Below, piece by piece: positions 8,978 through 18,394 of a DNA stretch of 64,000 nt; positions within the stretch are counted from its first letter, which is position 1, and each line of letters starts with the position of its first letter. Where the stretch lies: NCBI GenBank assembly GCA_002010065.2, contig MTMD02000001.1, positions 77,692 through 141,691 of the forward strand, read 5' to 3'. A model generated the notes under the pieces. That model ran no database searches. It worked only from the letters and a program-made list of their open reading frames with translations, and was not told where the DNA came from. The stretch comes from Candidatus Pyrohabitans jungbluthii. Its GTDB lineage: Archaea; Hydrothermarchaeota; Hydrothermarchaeia; Hydrothermarchaeales; BMS3B. Both the position numbers and the translations under genes were made by a program.

Positions 8978-11243
8978 ACCACACCCACACCTTTCTTATC
9001 GCCCTGGTGAGCGTGCCAAAGGCGTTGCCCAGCTCATCCCAGCCCTTGTGCTGAAGGCACTTTCCTATTACAACAAGCTCCTCTTCGGGCGTAAGCTCCG
9101 CTCTCCTTGCTCTTGAGAAGTGGTATCTCATCAGCGGCTTGGCGATGTCACCTATGCTCTCGTAATAGCTCAGGTTGGAGAAGTACTTCTCAAGTCTGGT
9201 TTTGGCTACGCGGTCTAAACTCGGGTCTGGCACCTTCGCATCTATCTTTAGGCTTCTAAGCATAAGCATCGCCACGCTCGTGTTGAGACTCCTCAGTTCG
9301 TCTGCCAAGTACTCTATCAGCCTCTTAACAAACTCCGCATTTATCTCCGCAACCCTCTTCTCAAGGCTGGAGGTAAGAGGTTTGATTACAACTAGGGTAT
9401 GCTCCCCGGAAATCTCATTTCTCTGCGCTGTTATGTGCACCGGCACAAAGGCATTGCGATCCCAGAAGCGCATAAGCTCAGCAGAAACCCCAAAACCAGC
9501 GGCAAGGTAGGCATCGCCCCTCTCCCTTGCCCACTTCTCCAGCTCACGCAGCGCAAAGCTTCCTATACCAAGGTTCATCGCCTTAGGGTGGGTGGCAATC
9601 CTCACTATGCGAAGCCCTCTCAGCTTTGGAAACTCCTCATCGCAGTAGTGCTTGAGTATCACATCGGGCACAATTTGACCCTTAGGTCTGTAACCCTGAG
9701 CCATCGCAGCAATTAGCTCATCCTCAATCTCGCCCTCCTCAGCCACGTGGAGCGAAGCCACCGTTTTCCCGTTCGCCACCACGCGAAAGGCGAAGTGCTT
9801 TGGAATGTCGCCGAGGATGAGCACATCTGAAGGCTTGTTGCGGTAGTGGGCGAGAATATATATCCCGAAGAACTCCCTCAGTAAGCGGTCGTTGGAGTAA
9901 AGCTCGTCCCTGTCGAGGGGCTCAAAGCTAAGCTCCCCAGCTTTAATTGCTTCAAGGTCTCCATCGGTAAGCTGCGCAGGCTTGGCGTCAAGCAAGAGCA
10001 CATCGTATAACCATGCTTCTACGGGGTCGCCAGCAGCATAGCGTATGGGCTCTGAGAGGTTCATCTTTACAACCTCGTACTCACCAGAGGACTCGAATTT
10101 TCTCAGAAAGCGTATGCTGAATCCTCTACCCGCGCCCTCGTAGCCATGAATGGTGCTGGAGAAGATTATGTAATCCGCCTCGCCTCTGGTTAGCTCCCAC
10201 AGTACCTCCACTGCAAGCGCAGCAGCCTCGTCCACAATTATGACATCTGCATAGTCCTTTTCTGTCAGCGCCCTGCGCGGCACCGCATATTCCACGCGGG
10301 CGTACCTGCTGTTTATCAGCGTTATAAGTTCGCCCTTTTTCCTCACAAAAAAATCCGTCATCCCCTGCCTTATCATCGCCTTCTTGAGAAAGAGGAAGTA
10401 GGTCTGCACTGCTCGCGGAGAGGGTGCCACCACGAGCACGCGAACAGCGCGCTTAAGCCTGCGGTTGAGCACAGAGATTAAGTAAGGCGTGAGTATACCC
10501 AGAAGCGCCGTCTTTCCCCTGCCTCTATCAGCAGTGATAACCGCTGCCTTCCGCTTGCCTGCGAGAAAGCCCTCAAACCGGCGAAGCACATCTACCTGGT
10601 CCTGGGTGGCGCACAGCTTATACAGCTTCTTCTTTATCTCACTCTCCTCAGGTAGCCTGAGCTTCTGCTTCTTCTCAGCGGTTTGCTTTAGGTCAAAGCC
10701 CTTGAGCACCTCTCCAGCGTCGCAGTCGAAGAAGATAGCTCCCGCTGCCTGCATGCTCTTCTCTATAAACCTGCGGTAAAAGCGGGGAACAACCTCGCTT
10801 CGCTGAGCTTCGCCAGCGAGGTCTTCATGGAGCCAGGATATTAAGCTGCGCCATGCTTCTGGCTGAGGCGAGAGGGCGAGGATTACTCCACCTTCGGCGA
10901 TGGTTTCAACAGCTATGCCAAGGTCATTGGGGTTGAATCCCTGCGTCAGGTCGATGAGCAGCGCTTCGTAGGTCTCGCCCAACACGCGCTGCGCCTCCCC
11001 GAAGGCTACGAATGCACCAGAGAAGCGCTTCTTTGCAGCGTCTATAAACTCTTCCTTACCTAATACGAGCAGCTTATCCTTCTTACCTGCAATTTTCCTC
11101 CATGCCTTCAAGACACGTGCAGCTAAGGCGAGCGTCTCCGTGTCCACCTCAGAGGTGCACAGGAACACAGCAAAGCGGTGGCGGTTGCGCAGCGAAATAT
11201 TGCTCGCCCGTTTCACCTCAGAAAGAAGAGCCTCCACCGACAT
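8952..11243 (-). CDS. tmcA: tRNA/rRNA N4-cytidine acetyltransferase TmcA/NAT10
   Basis: Helicase-like TADRGRGKT, VDEAA, STIHGYEGAGRGF, EPIRYAAGDPVE, AHYRNKPSD. GNAT RIVRIATHP...GIGS. Confidence 0.95.
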   Translation of the reverse strand: MSVEALLSEVKRASNISLRNRHRFAVFLCTSEVDTETLALAARVLKAWRKIAGKKDKLLVLGKEEFIDAAKKRFSGAFVAFGEAQRVLGETYEALLIDLTQGFNPNDLGIAVETIAEGGVILALSPQPEAWRSLISWLHEDLAGEAQRSEVVPRFYRRFIEKSMQAAGAIFFDCDAGEVLKGFDLKQTAEKKQKLRLPEESEIKKKLYKLCATQDQVDVLRRFEGFLAGKRKAAVITADRGRGKTALLGILTPYLISVLNRRLKRAVRVLVVAPSPRAVQTYFLFLKKAMIRQGMTDFFVRKKGELITLINSRYARVEYAVPRRALTEKDYADVIIVDEAAALAVEVLWELTRGEADYIIFSSTIHGYEGAGRGFSIRFLRKFESSGEYEVVKMNLSEPIRYAAGDPVEAWLYDVLLLDAKPAQLTDGDLEAIKAGELSFEPLDRDELYSNDRLLREFFGIYILAHYRNKPSDVLILGDIPKHFAFRVVANGKTVASLHVAEEGEIEDELIAAMAQGYRPKGQIVPDVILKHYCDEEFPKLRGLRIVRIATHPKAMNLGIGSFALRELEKWARERGDAYLAAGFGVSAELMRFWDRNAFVPVHITAQRNEISGEHTLVVIKPLTSSLEKRVAEINAEFVKRLIEYLADELRSLNTSVAMLMLRSLKIDAKVPDPSLDRVAKTRLEKYFSNLSYYESIGDIAKPLMRYHFSRARRAELTPEEELVVIGKCLQHKGWDELGNAFGTLTRAIRKVWVWYEENKLQP

Positions 11244-11285
11244 GATACCCCCATCTAATTGCTAAAATAACAACAAAAAGGCTCG

Positions 11286-12368
11286 CTACATCAGGAGGCT
11301 GAGGTACTCTTTAAGTAGCGACGGGTAAAGGCGTGGGTTGAATAGGATGTTGGTTATAAAGTAGCACTCATGAGTGCAGCAGCAGGCATTGCTCTTTATT
11401 TCAGCAACCACCCGCCTCGCGTCCTGCGATGCGAGTAGCTTATTTATGTCGTAGTCATACTCGCGCAGATTTCCCATCTTCTTCTCAAGAAGCTCACACG
11501 GGTAAACGTCGCCGGATTCTGTTACCACCAGGTTGAGCTTGCCAGCGTAGCACGGAATTAGCCTGCGCTTCTCCTTGGCGGTGCGATATATCAGCCTGCG
11601 CTGGAGAATGTCCTGTGCCGCCTTCAGCCTAGCCCCCGGGAAGCGGTACACCTTAGCCTTTCCAGAGCGCAGCTCCTGCTCCATCCTCTCAATAAGTTCG
11701 CGATAGCGTTCCATATCCACGCGTTTCATCTTCTCGCTCACGTCGCCGCGAATGAGCGAGAGGGTGTGGGTTTTTATGCTCTCCATGCGGGAGACGTACT
11801 CGAAGATCTCCTCTATTTTATCCTGGTTGGCGGAGCAGAACACGGTGTTTATGCCAAGCTCGAAGTTCGGGTACTTATCAAGCAGAGGCGAAAGCCTCTC
11901 GTATGTCTCAAGCACCTTCTCAAAGTTGCCCCTGACTCCGCGAATGGTGTCGTGGTCCTCGGCTATGCCGTCCAGGCTTAGTTTCACTGTTACTGTGCTC
12001 TTTCGGCAATGCTTCAGAATCTCTTCAGTCTTTTCTGCGATGCGTTGCGGAAGAAGCCCATTGGTGGGCAGGAGCATAATCACCGGCTTAGTGTGCCTGT
12101 AAAAAACCTTTGCAATCTCAACTATATCTTCGCGGAGGAACACCTCGCCACCCGAGAAAGCCAGCCAGAGAAGTTCAGGCATGCTGGAGGCGAAGCGCTC
12201 AATCTCTCCCAGAGAAAGCTCATCCTCTTGCACTCCTCTTTTCTCTTCATTTAGATAGAAGCAGAACCTGCAGGCGGAGTTGCACCGCCTGGTTACAAAG
12301 AAGGTAAGCTGCACAGGCTTATCCTTGATAAACACCTGCCTCACGTGGCGCAGCGGCGAGTACCTCAT
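11286..12368 (-). CDS. Radical SAM protein with SPASM/twitch domain
   Basis: CNSACRFC, FSGGEVF, CYAG...SGDVYPCE...CCCTHEC. Confidence 0.93.
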   Translation of the reverse strand: MRYSPLRHVRQVFIKDKPVQLTFFVTRRCNSACRFCFYLNEEKRGVQEDELSLGEIERFASSMPELLWLAFSGGEVFLREDIVEIAKVFYRHTKPVIMLLPTNGLLPQRIAEKTEEILKHCRKSTVTVKLSLDGIAEDHDTIRGVRGNFEKVLETYERLSPLLDKYPNFELGINTVFCSANQDKIEEIFEYVSRMESIKTHTLSLIRGDVSEKMKRVDMERYRELIERMEQELRSGKAKVYRFPGARLKAAQDILQRRLIYRTAKEKRRLIPCYAGKLNLVVTESGDVYPCELLEKKMGNLREYDYDINKLLASQDARRVVAEIKSNACCCTHECYFITNILFNPRLYPSLLKEYLSLLM

Positions 12369-13369
12369 CGCAAAACCCCCAGCTTCGCTTTGAGTATGTA
12401 GAGTCCTGTGCCTAAAGCGGCGCCTATCGCTACTGCAACGGGGTAAACAAGGAAGAAGTAAGCCGTAGCAGCAATCGCGAAGCCTGCGCCTTTTGCATTA
12501 TAAAAGCTCCTTATGAGATTGCGGCTTACGTAGAGGTTGAGGAACTGCGGGAGAAGGGCAAGAGCTAGGGGAGTGCCAAAGAAAGCCCAGCTTAAGAGCA
12601 GCGCAAGGGTGGCAAAGAACATTGCCACGTTCACCTTGAGCTCCACCGATGCAGCGCCAGAATCAGCGAGCAGATCGCGATTGCGCAGGGAGTAGAGCGT
12701 CCAGTACATGCTCTTTCGCACAGCGTTTCTCAGGGATTTTAAAAGGTTGAAGTTGAAGATATGCCCCACCTGTATCCTGGGATCCAACCTGAGCCTGTAG
12801 CCAGCCCTTTTAAGTCTGTGGCTGAACTCCACATCTTCCACGCTGGTGGTGTGCCCCATGAGATTATCCCTTACAAAACCGCCAGAGCTTTTGAAAAGCT
12901 GCGCATCTATAGCCAGGCAGTGCGTTGCGAGGTAGTCCGCCTCCTCGCGCTTGGTCTCGCAGTAGTTGACGTAGACCGATTGAAAGGTGCTGAAGAACCC
13001 CTGGGAGAAAGGTGGTATCTTGGTGTAGGTGCCGCCCACTATGCGAGAGCCGTTGCTCATGGCACGATTCACAAGCTTCAGCGTGTCCCTTGCGAGCACA
13101 CAGTCCGCGTCTATGAAAAGCAGAACCTCGCCTTTGCTGTGCTCAGCGCCGACGTTTCGCGCCACGCTCGGGCCGAGCTGCCTCTCAAGCTTTATCAGCC
13201 TGCATGGATAGCGCTTTATAATCTCTACCGAGGCGTCTGTCGACGCGTCATCAACCACGATTACCTCGAAGTTGGAGTAATCAGAAGCAAATACGCTCTC
13301 AAGGCACGCTTCCAGCGTAGCAGAGCCATTTCTGTTTGGTATTATCACAGAGATGAACTTCTCCTTCAT
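12365..13369 (-). CDS. GT2 glycosyltransferase with C-terminal TM helices
   Basis: ISVIIPNRN, VIVVDDASTD, FIDADC, VEDVEFSHRL. Confidence 0.93.
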   Translation of the reverse strand: MKEKFISVIIPNRNGSATLEACLESVFASDYSNFEVIVVDDASTDASVEIIKRYPCRLIKLERQLGPSVARNVGAEHSKGEVLLFIDADCVLARDTLKLVNRAMSNGSRIVGGTYTKIPPFSQGFFSTFQSVYVNYCETKREEADYLATHCLAIDAQLFKSSGGFVRDNLMGHTTSVEDVEFSHRLKRAGYRLRLDPRIQVGHIFNFNLLKSLRNAVRKSMYWTLYSLRNRDLLADSGAASVELKVNVAMFFATLALLLSWAFFGTPLALALLPQFLNLYVSRNLIRSFYNAKGAGFAIAATAYFFLVYPVAVAIGAALGTGLYILKAKLGVLR

Positions 13370-13458
13370 TCATTTAAAAGCCACAGGTTAACCTGCCCTG
13401 CGATATTTGTAGGATGTTATCTATACTATATAGGACAATCACGGAGAGAGGTTTTAAA

Positions 13459-15159
13459 TTGCAAACAGATGAGCTTAAAAGTAAGCTGCTGAGCACCCGA
13501 GGCATAGCTGTCGCCTCTCTGGTTATAACCCTCCTGCTCTTCCACTTCCGTAGCTATGATGACAATCGCACTACAAGCTGGCGCTGGGTTTTTGCCAGCG
13601 GCGACACCAGCTTTGCTGTGCTGCTTTGCCTCTTCGCCTTGGGCATTGCCTATATATTCTCCAAAATTGAAGTAAAGGAGCGCCACGAGGGGAAGGTACT
13701 CTTCGCCTTCGCCTTTATCTCAGGCGTCCTTTTTCTCCCAATACCAGAGATTATGATAGACACAGCGCGATACTTCACCTATGCCAAGTACGCCGAGCTT
13801 TATGGCTTGGGCTACTTTGTGAAGGAGTGGGGGTACGCGATAAAGCCCTGGACAGACCTGCCTCTGGTGCCCTTCATCTATGGCATAATTTTCCGCTTTC
13901 TGGGTGAGTCCAGGCTGTACATTCAGGTATTCAATCTGCTCCTCTTCTCGAGCAGTGTGCTGCTAACTATGAGAATTGGTGACGTGCTCTTTGGAAAAGG
14001 TACAGGCTTCTACGCCGGCTTGGCTCTGCTCGCCATGCCCTACTTTCTCATTCAGGTGCCCCAGATGATGGTAGACGTGGCAACGATGTTCTTCCTAACC
14101 TTGGCGGTTTACTCCACAATAAACGCACTGGAAAAGGGCACCCTCGCTGCGGCAGCATTTGCAGGAGTTGCGGTAGCTTTAGCCTTCTTCTCGAAGTACT
14201 CCACCTGGACAATGCTCTCCGTGCTAGCGGTGGTTTTTGTGATATATGCTAGAAAAAACATGGAGAAAGCGCTTAAAATATATACGATAATCGCTGCCCT
14301 TTCTGGCTTGCTAATCGCAGCGGTTATACTGCCAAAGCTTCCTGTGTTTGTAGAGCAAATCGAGCTCTTGAGGAGTTATCAAGCCCCAGGGCTGAGAAGG
14401 TGGAGTGAGAGCTACCTCTCGACCTTCTTCTTTCAGATTCACCCCTTTGTGAGCCTCGCCGCAATTTATGCCCTCTACCTGGCGGTAAAAGAAAGGCGTG
14501 GCGAAGTAGCCATAGCTTTGTGGCCTTTCTTACTGCTTTTTCTCCTGGATGTAAAGAGGATACGCTACACACTGCCCCTGTTCCCCATGCTGGCGCTGCT
14601 TGCGGGCTATGCAATAAGCAGGGTAAAAGACGCTGAGACAAGGAAATTTCTCGCCGGTTACGCAATGAGCTTTTCCATTCTCCTCGCCCTCTTCGCCTTT
14701 CTGCCATTCATTGAATCACTGAGCATTGTAAATCTTCGCGATGCTGGAGAGTTTCTCGACACCCTGAGCGTTGAAGAGGTTGAGGTCCATACGTGGGTAC
14801 CGCCAAAGACTAGCTACAACCCCAGCATAGCCGTTGCAATGCTTGACCTTTTTACGAGCAAAGAGATAATCTATAATCCTGATCCAATAATCCCGCCTGA
14901 GAAAGAAAAAATACTGCGCTCGCCCATAAGATTCACCTGGGAGTATGAGGTTCCCCCCTACTACAGGCGCAACTCCTCCGCAGAGGTCGTGGTTATAATT
15001 CAGAGGCAGTACAATGGCATGCCCGCATATCTTGAGCAGAGAGTTTCCAACCTGACCCTTCTCGCAAGATTCAACTCCACCATAGAGGGGCTATTCCGCT
15101 TCCGCACCCTCATAGATGTATATGGCCCTGCGCAGATTTCGCAGGTAGAGAAAAAATAG
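13459..15159 (+). CDS. Polytopic GT-C (ArnT/PMT, GT39/83-like) membrane glycosyltransferase
   Basis: Many TM segments. DTARYFTYAK, DLPLVPFIYG, MMVDV, AFFSKYS, RYTLPLFP. TTG start assumed (ORF open from 13414). Confidence 0.8.
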   Translation: MQTDELKSKLLSTRGIAVASLVITLLLFHFRSYDDNRTTSWRWVFASGDTSFAVLLCLFALGIAYIFSKIEVKERHEGKVLFAFAFISGVLFLPIPEIMIDTARYFTYAKYAELYGLGYFVKEWGYAIKPWTDLPLVPFIYGIIFRFLGESRLYIQVFNLLLFSSSVLLTMRIGDVLFGKGTGFYAGLALLAMPYFLIQVPQMMVDVATMFFLTLAVYSTINALEKGTLAAAAFAGVAVALAFFSKYSTWTMLSVLAVVFVIYARKNMEKALKIYTIIAALSGLLIAAVILPKLPVFVEQIELLRSYQAPGLRRWSESYLSTFFFQIHPFVSLAAIYALYLAVKERRGEVAIALWPFLLLFLLDVKRIRYTLPLFPMLALLAGYAISRVKDAETRKFLAGYAMSFSILLALFAFLPFIESLSIVNLRDAGEFLDTLSVEEVEVHTWVPPKTSYNPSIAVAMLDLFTSKEIIYNPDPIIPPEKEKILRSPIRFTWEYEVPPYYRRNSSAEVVVIIQRQYNGMPAYLEQRVSNLTLLARFNSTIEGLFRFRTLIDVYGPAQISQVEKK

Positions 15160-15168
15160 GGGGAGAGA

Positions 15169-15357
15169 CTAAATCCTCCTGTTCAACTCCTCAAGCAGCT
15201 TCTCGAGGTCTAACCCGCGGTCCTCAGCAACCTCTCGCAGTGTGCGCTTCATCGTAGTAAAGTCGCACTCACAGATATTGTGCTCCAAGAGGTAATCCAC
15301 AGCTTCCGGATACTCCCTGAAAATCTGGGCTATTTTCATATCAGGCGTTATCGCCAT
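15169..15357 (-). CDS. DUF1858/ScdA-N-like small helical protein
   Basis: ITPDMKIAQIFREYPEAVDYL...CEC...TLREVAEDRGLDLEKLLEELN. Confidence 0.8.
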   Translation of the reverse strand: MAITPDMKIAQIFREYPEAVDYLLEHNICECDFTTMKRTLREVAEDRGLDLEKLLEELNRRI

Positions 15358-15361
15358 GGCG

Positions 15362-15817
15362 CTACCTCGCCACAAGAACGCTGCACGGCGCGCGCTCCAC
15401 AACCTCCCTACCAACGCTGCCCATCAGCATAGTCCTGCGCTTTGAATGGGGCCCCACAACGATGATGTCAGCGCCCTCCTCTTCGGCGGTCTTTATTATC
15501 TCCTCCGCTGGGTGCCCTATCTTAACTATCTCCTTCGCCACAAGCACACTGCTCTCGAGGCAGGTCTTTGCCGTTTCAAGCACCTTTTTACCACTCTCGG
15601 TGAGAAGGTCTGCAAAGTTCTTACCTTCCTTCTTTAGACTCTCCAGCACCTCAGTAAACTCTGGTTTTCCCAGAAGCTCATAGTCATAAAGGTCACTGAG
15701 GTGAGCTACATATACAAGACAAAGCTCTGCGCCGAACTTCTCGGCAAGTTTCCCCCCCATGTTCAAAGCTTTAACGGAACTCTCGCTCCCATCAAAAGCA
15801 ACAAGCACTTTCTTCAT
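15362..15817 (-). CDS. Universal stress protein (UspA family)
   Basis: KKVLVAFDGSESS, GHPAEEII, ADIIVVG, MGSVGREVVERAPCSVLV. Confidence 0.95.
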   Translation of the reverse strand: MKKVLVAFDGSESSVKALNMGGKLAEKFGAELCLVYVAHLSDLYDYELLGKPEFTEVLESLKKEGKNFADLLTESGKKVLETAKTCLESSVLVAKEIVKIGHPAEEIIKTAEEEGADIIVVGPHSKRRTMLMGSVGREVVERAPCSVLVAR

Positions 15818-15837
15818 CTAAAATACACCTCCAATAT

Positions 15838-15864
15838 AAAAAGACGTAGGGAAGTCCCTACGTC
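15838..15864 (-). terminator. Hairpin plus U-tract terminator after the yeeE-tusA-cupredoxin operon
   Basis: Minus strand GACGTAGGG-ACTT-CCCTACGTC followed by TTTTT. Confidence 0.7.
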
Positions 15865-15872
15865 AGTAGCCT

Positions 15873-16526
15873 TCAATAGCCTGCACCGTAGCCAGCGGCT
15901 TCGCCATAGCCAAGCGCTTCTTCTCCGTAACCAGTGGCTTCACCGTAGCCTGCGCCCTCTTCAGCCGCTTGAGCGGGCTGAGCTTCTTCTGCCTTGGGCT
16001 TCACTATCAGCTTGCCTTCCATGCCCTTTTCTCTGTGCCCATTAACCGGGCAGTAGAAGGTGTATTCACCCGCTTTCTCAGCGACAAATTCCACCGTAAC
16101 CGATGCTCCTGGCTGTATCCCTGCCTGCATCTGTGCAGTTTCCTCGCCGTAGCCCGCGGCTTCACCGTAACCAGCGCCATATCCAGCGGCCTCGCCATAT
16201 CCCTCAGCAGCACCCTCCTCAGGCTTCACTGCATACACACCAAGCTCATCTATGGCAAAGTTGTGCACCTGCGAGCCAACGTTCTTGATGGTTATCCTAA
16301 CCACGTCTCCCTCGCTGACGGTTATGCTTGCTGGCTCAAATTTGAACTCCGACGCTTCGATGGTGAATTCCTTTGCTTCAGCGACGCCTTTTGCGGGCGC
16401 TGCCGCAGCAGGAGAGGGTTTTACATCCTCGAGACCTGCTGGTACGCCCGGAGAGAAGCTGTAGCCGACTATGAAGCTAAGCGCCATTGCGGTGACTATT
16501 GCAAGCACCGCTATATCGTCGCGCAT
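15873..16526 (-). CDS. Membrane-anchored cupredoxin (type-1 Cu) with Gly-Tyr-Gly repeats
   Basis: N-terminal TM helix. FKFEPASITVSEGDVVRITIKN, HNF, YTFYCPVNGHREKGMEGKLIV (H, C, H, M ligands). Two blocks of GYG repeats. Start 16526 or 16535. Confidence 0.88.
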   Translation of the reverse strand: MRDDIAVLAIVTAMALSFIVGYSFSPGVPAGLEDVKPSPAAAAPAKGVAEAKEFTIEASEFKFEPASITVSEGDVVRITIKNVGSQVHNFAIDELGVYAVKPEEGAAEGYGEAAGYGAGYGEAAGYGEETAQMQAGIQPGASVTVEFVAEKAGEYTFYCPVNGHREKGMEGKLIVKPKAEEAQPAQAAEEGAGYGEATGYGEEALGYGEAAGYGAGY

Positions 16527-16531
16527 TGCGA

Positions 16532-16786
16532 TCACGCCTTCTTTATCCTGTAGACAAATGTACCGCCGTCGGAGCGCTTCTCTATTATCTCATGCCCTTC
16601 CTTGTCGCAGAGCGCTGTAATACTCTCCTCTGAGGAGGGGTTGTCAAAGAGCACTTCAAGTACATCGCCGCTCTTCAGCTTCTGCAGCGTCTTCATTGTG
16701 TAGAGTTGGGGATGTGGACATACATAGCCCTTGACATCCAGCTGGTATACTCCATCTTCAAGCTTCTTAACTTTCACTTTCTGCAC
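16532..16786 (-). CDS. tusA: Sulfur carrier TusA/YeeD family
   Basis: LDVKGYVCPHPQLYTMKTL...GDVLEVLFDNPSS (CPxP). Confidence 0.93.
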   Translation of the reverse strand: MQKVKVKKLEDGVYQLDVKGYVCPHPQLYTMKTLQKLKSGDVLEVLFDNPSSEESITALCDKEGHEIIEKRSDGGTFVYRIKKA

Positions 16787-16790
16787 CTCC

Positions 16791-18182
16791 TTACTCTATC
16801 TCTATGTCAATATCAAAATCCTCTTCCTTAAGCTGGCGCTCAGTCCACCAGTTGAGGAACTTCACGCTTGCCAATGCGCCGCCGCCCATGCCCAAGAAGA
16901 ACAGCCAGCCACCGGGGTCACCGCCAGCAACACGGATGTAGAATGCACCGATGTTGCAGCCCAGTGCTATTCGCGCACCGAGACCCATGAGCGTGCCTCC
17001 GAGGATGCCCCAGACTGCCAGCTCCTTGGTTGGTGCCTTGAACTTGAACTCCTTGTTGAGCAGAGCTATGGCTGCCGCACCAAGGATTATACCTATGGAC
17101 ATGAGCAACGCAGGGTTGTGCCACGGCTCGGGTATGCCGTTCATTACGCCAAAGTATATATTGTCCTTCATGTTCCATCCGAACTTCTCCAGCACCCAGG
17201 CACCCACCTGCGCTTCCTGTGTGGTTATATACCAGTAACCGGGGTCAAACACTGTACCTCTCCTAGAAACTTCTTCCACAAAACCAAGCTTCACCAGAGC
17301 CTGGCCGAAGTTTTCTATACCGAACTTGTCCCTGAGGCTCTGCATCGCCATTACGTGGATGCCTGCTATTATGCCAATTAGAATCCCCGCAAGGGTTGTT
17401 CTTTTCGAAGCAGTTATCATCTGCCAGAAGCCGTAAAGCTCGTCTTTGAGACCCAGCTTAACATCCCCGCCGTCCGCAGGCAGTGTTGCTGCTTTCTTCT
17501 CTATAATGCGCCTGACAATGCCCTTCCTAGCAACAAACCAATACGCGAGGCTGAGGAATATCAGCGTGGGTATTATGGTGTTGATGATCGAATTCGCTAT
17601 AAAGTATTCGCCAAGGCTAAGGCCCTTACCAAAGAATTTCTCTGCCAAGGTGAACTTAGGCTGCGGGAATATGTAGCCCCTCAGAAGCTTGTCGAACCAT
17701 CCCTGCGCATCTACGAATATCGCTTGAGAGAAGGATATCGCGAGCAGAGCAAGCATAGAGGTGCCATTACCCTCGCCGGTTTTGTACAACGTACCAGAAG
17801 CACAGCCACCAGCGAGCACCATACCCAGACCAAATATAAGCCCGCCAACAAGTTCATGTATACCCAGTGGGCCAGGATGGAAGGTGCTCAGCTGGTTTGC
17901 CGCCAGCACTGCCATGATAACGCTGAACACACCCATGGCGACCATTATGCCCACGAACATCCTAGTTACGCCGATGGCGAAGAGGTCGCGCCACGCTGAA
18001 GCGAAACAGAATCTGCCCCACTGCAGAAGTATGCCGTAGGCAAAGCCGAACCATGCGTAGGCAATGATGTACATGTAGATCGGGTTGACTCTATAGTACC
18101 ACAGGCTTATTATCAACATTATGCCAACTACAGAAAAAGCCCAGAATTTCCTCCTTCTATCGGCATCGTCTGCCATATTCAT
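16791..18182 (-). CDS. YeeE/YedE thiosulfate/sulfur-compound transporter
   Basis: GRFCFASAWRD, GMVLAGGCASGTLYK, GARIALGCNIGA (three conserved Cys). AGGAGG ribosome site before 18182. Confidence 0.93.
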   Translation of the reverse strand: MNMADDADRRRKFWAFSVVGIMLIISLWYYRVNPIYMYIIAYAWFGFAYGILLQWGRFCFASAWRDLFAIGVTRMFVGIMVAMGVFSVIMAVLAANQLSTFHPGPLGIHELVGGLIFGLGMVLAGGCASGTLYKTGEGNGTSMLALLAISFSQAIFVDAQGWFDKLLRGYIFPQPKFTLAEKFFGKGLSLGEYFIANSIINTIIPTLIFLSLAYWFVARKGIVRRIIEKKAATLPADGGDVKLGLKDELYGFWQMITASKRTTLAGILIGIIAGIHVMAMQSLRDKFGIENFGQALVKLGFVEEVSRRGTVFDPGYWYITTQEAQVGAWVLEKFGWNMKDNIYFGVMNGIPEPWHNPALLMSIGIILGAAAIALLNKEFKFKAPTKELAVWGILGGTLMGLGARIALGCNIGAFYIRVAGGDPGGWLFFLGMGGGALASVKFLNWWTERQLKEEDFDIDIEIE

Positions 18183-18394
18183 CCTTTCCTCCTTAAGCTT
18201 GTACTGAGCATTCTGGAGTATCTTGTTCCCCATACCTATATTTATATTTTTCGAAAGTGGTTTCAAGATAACCGAAATTTAATTCCTCACACTTTCATAA
18301 AAATCAAAAGTTATAATGTTGGATTAATAAATAATAGAAAAATATTTAAACATCTAGATAAAATAGAAAATTTAGCTTATTGGGTGATTTTATT

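Noticed and set aside
15873-16205. GYG as a K+ channel filter or GFP-type chromophore
   Set aside because: No pore helix/TVGYG context and no beta-barrel. The repeats lie in acidic flexible segments.
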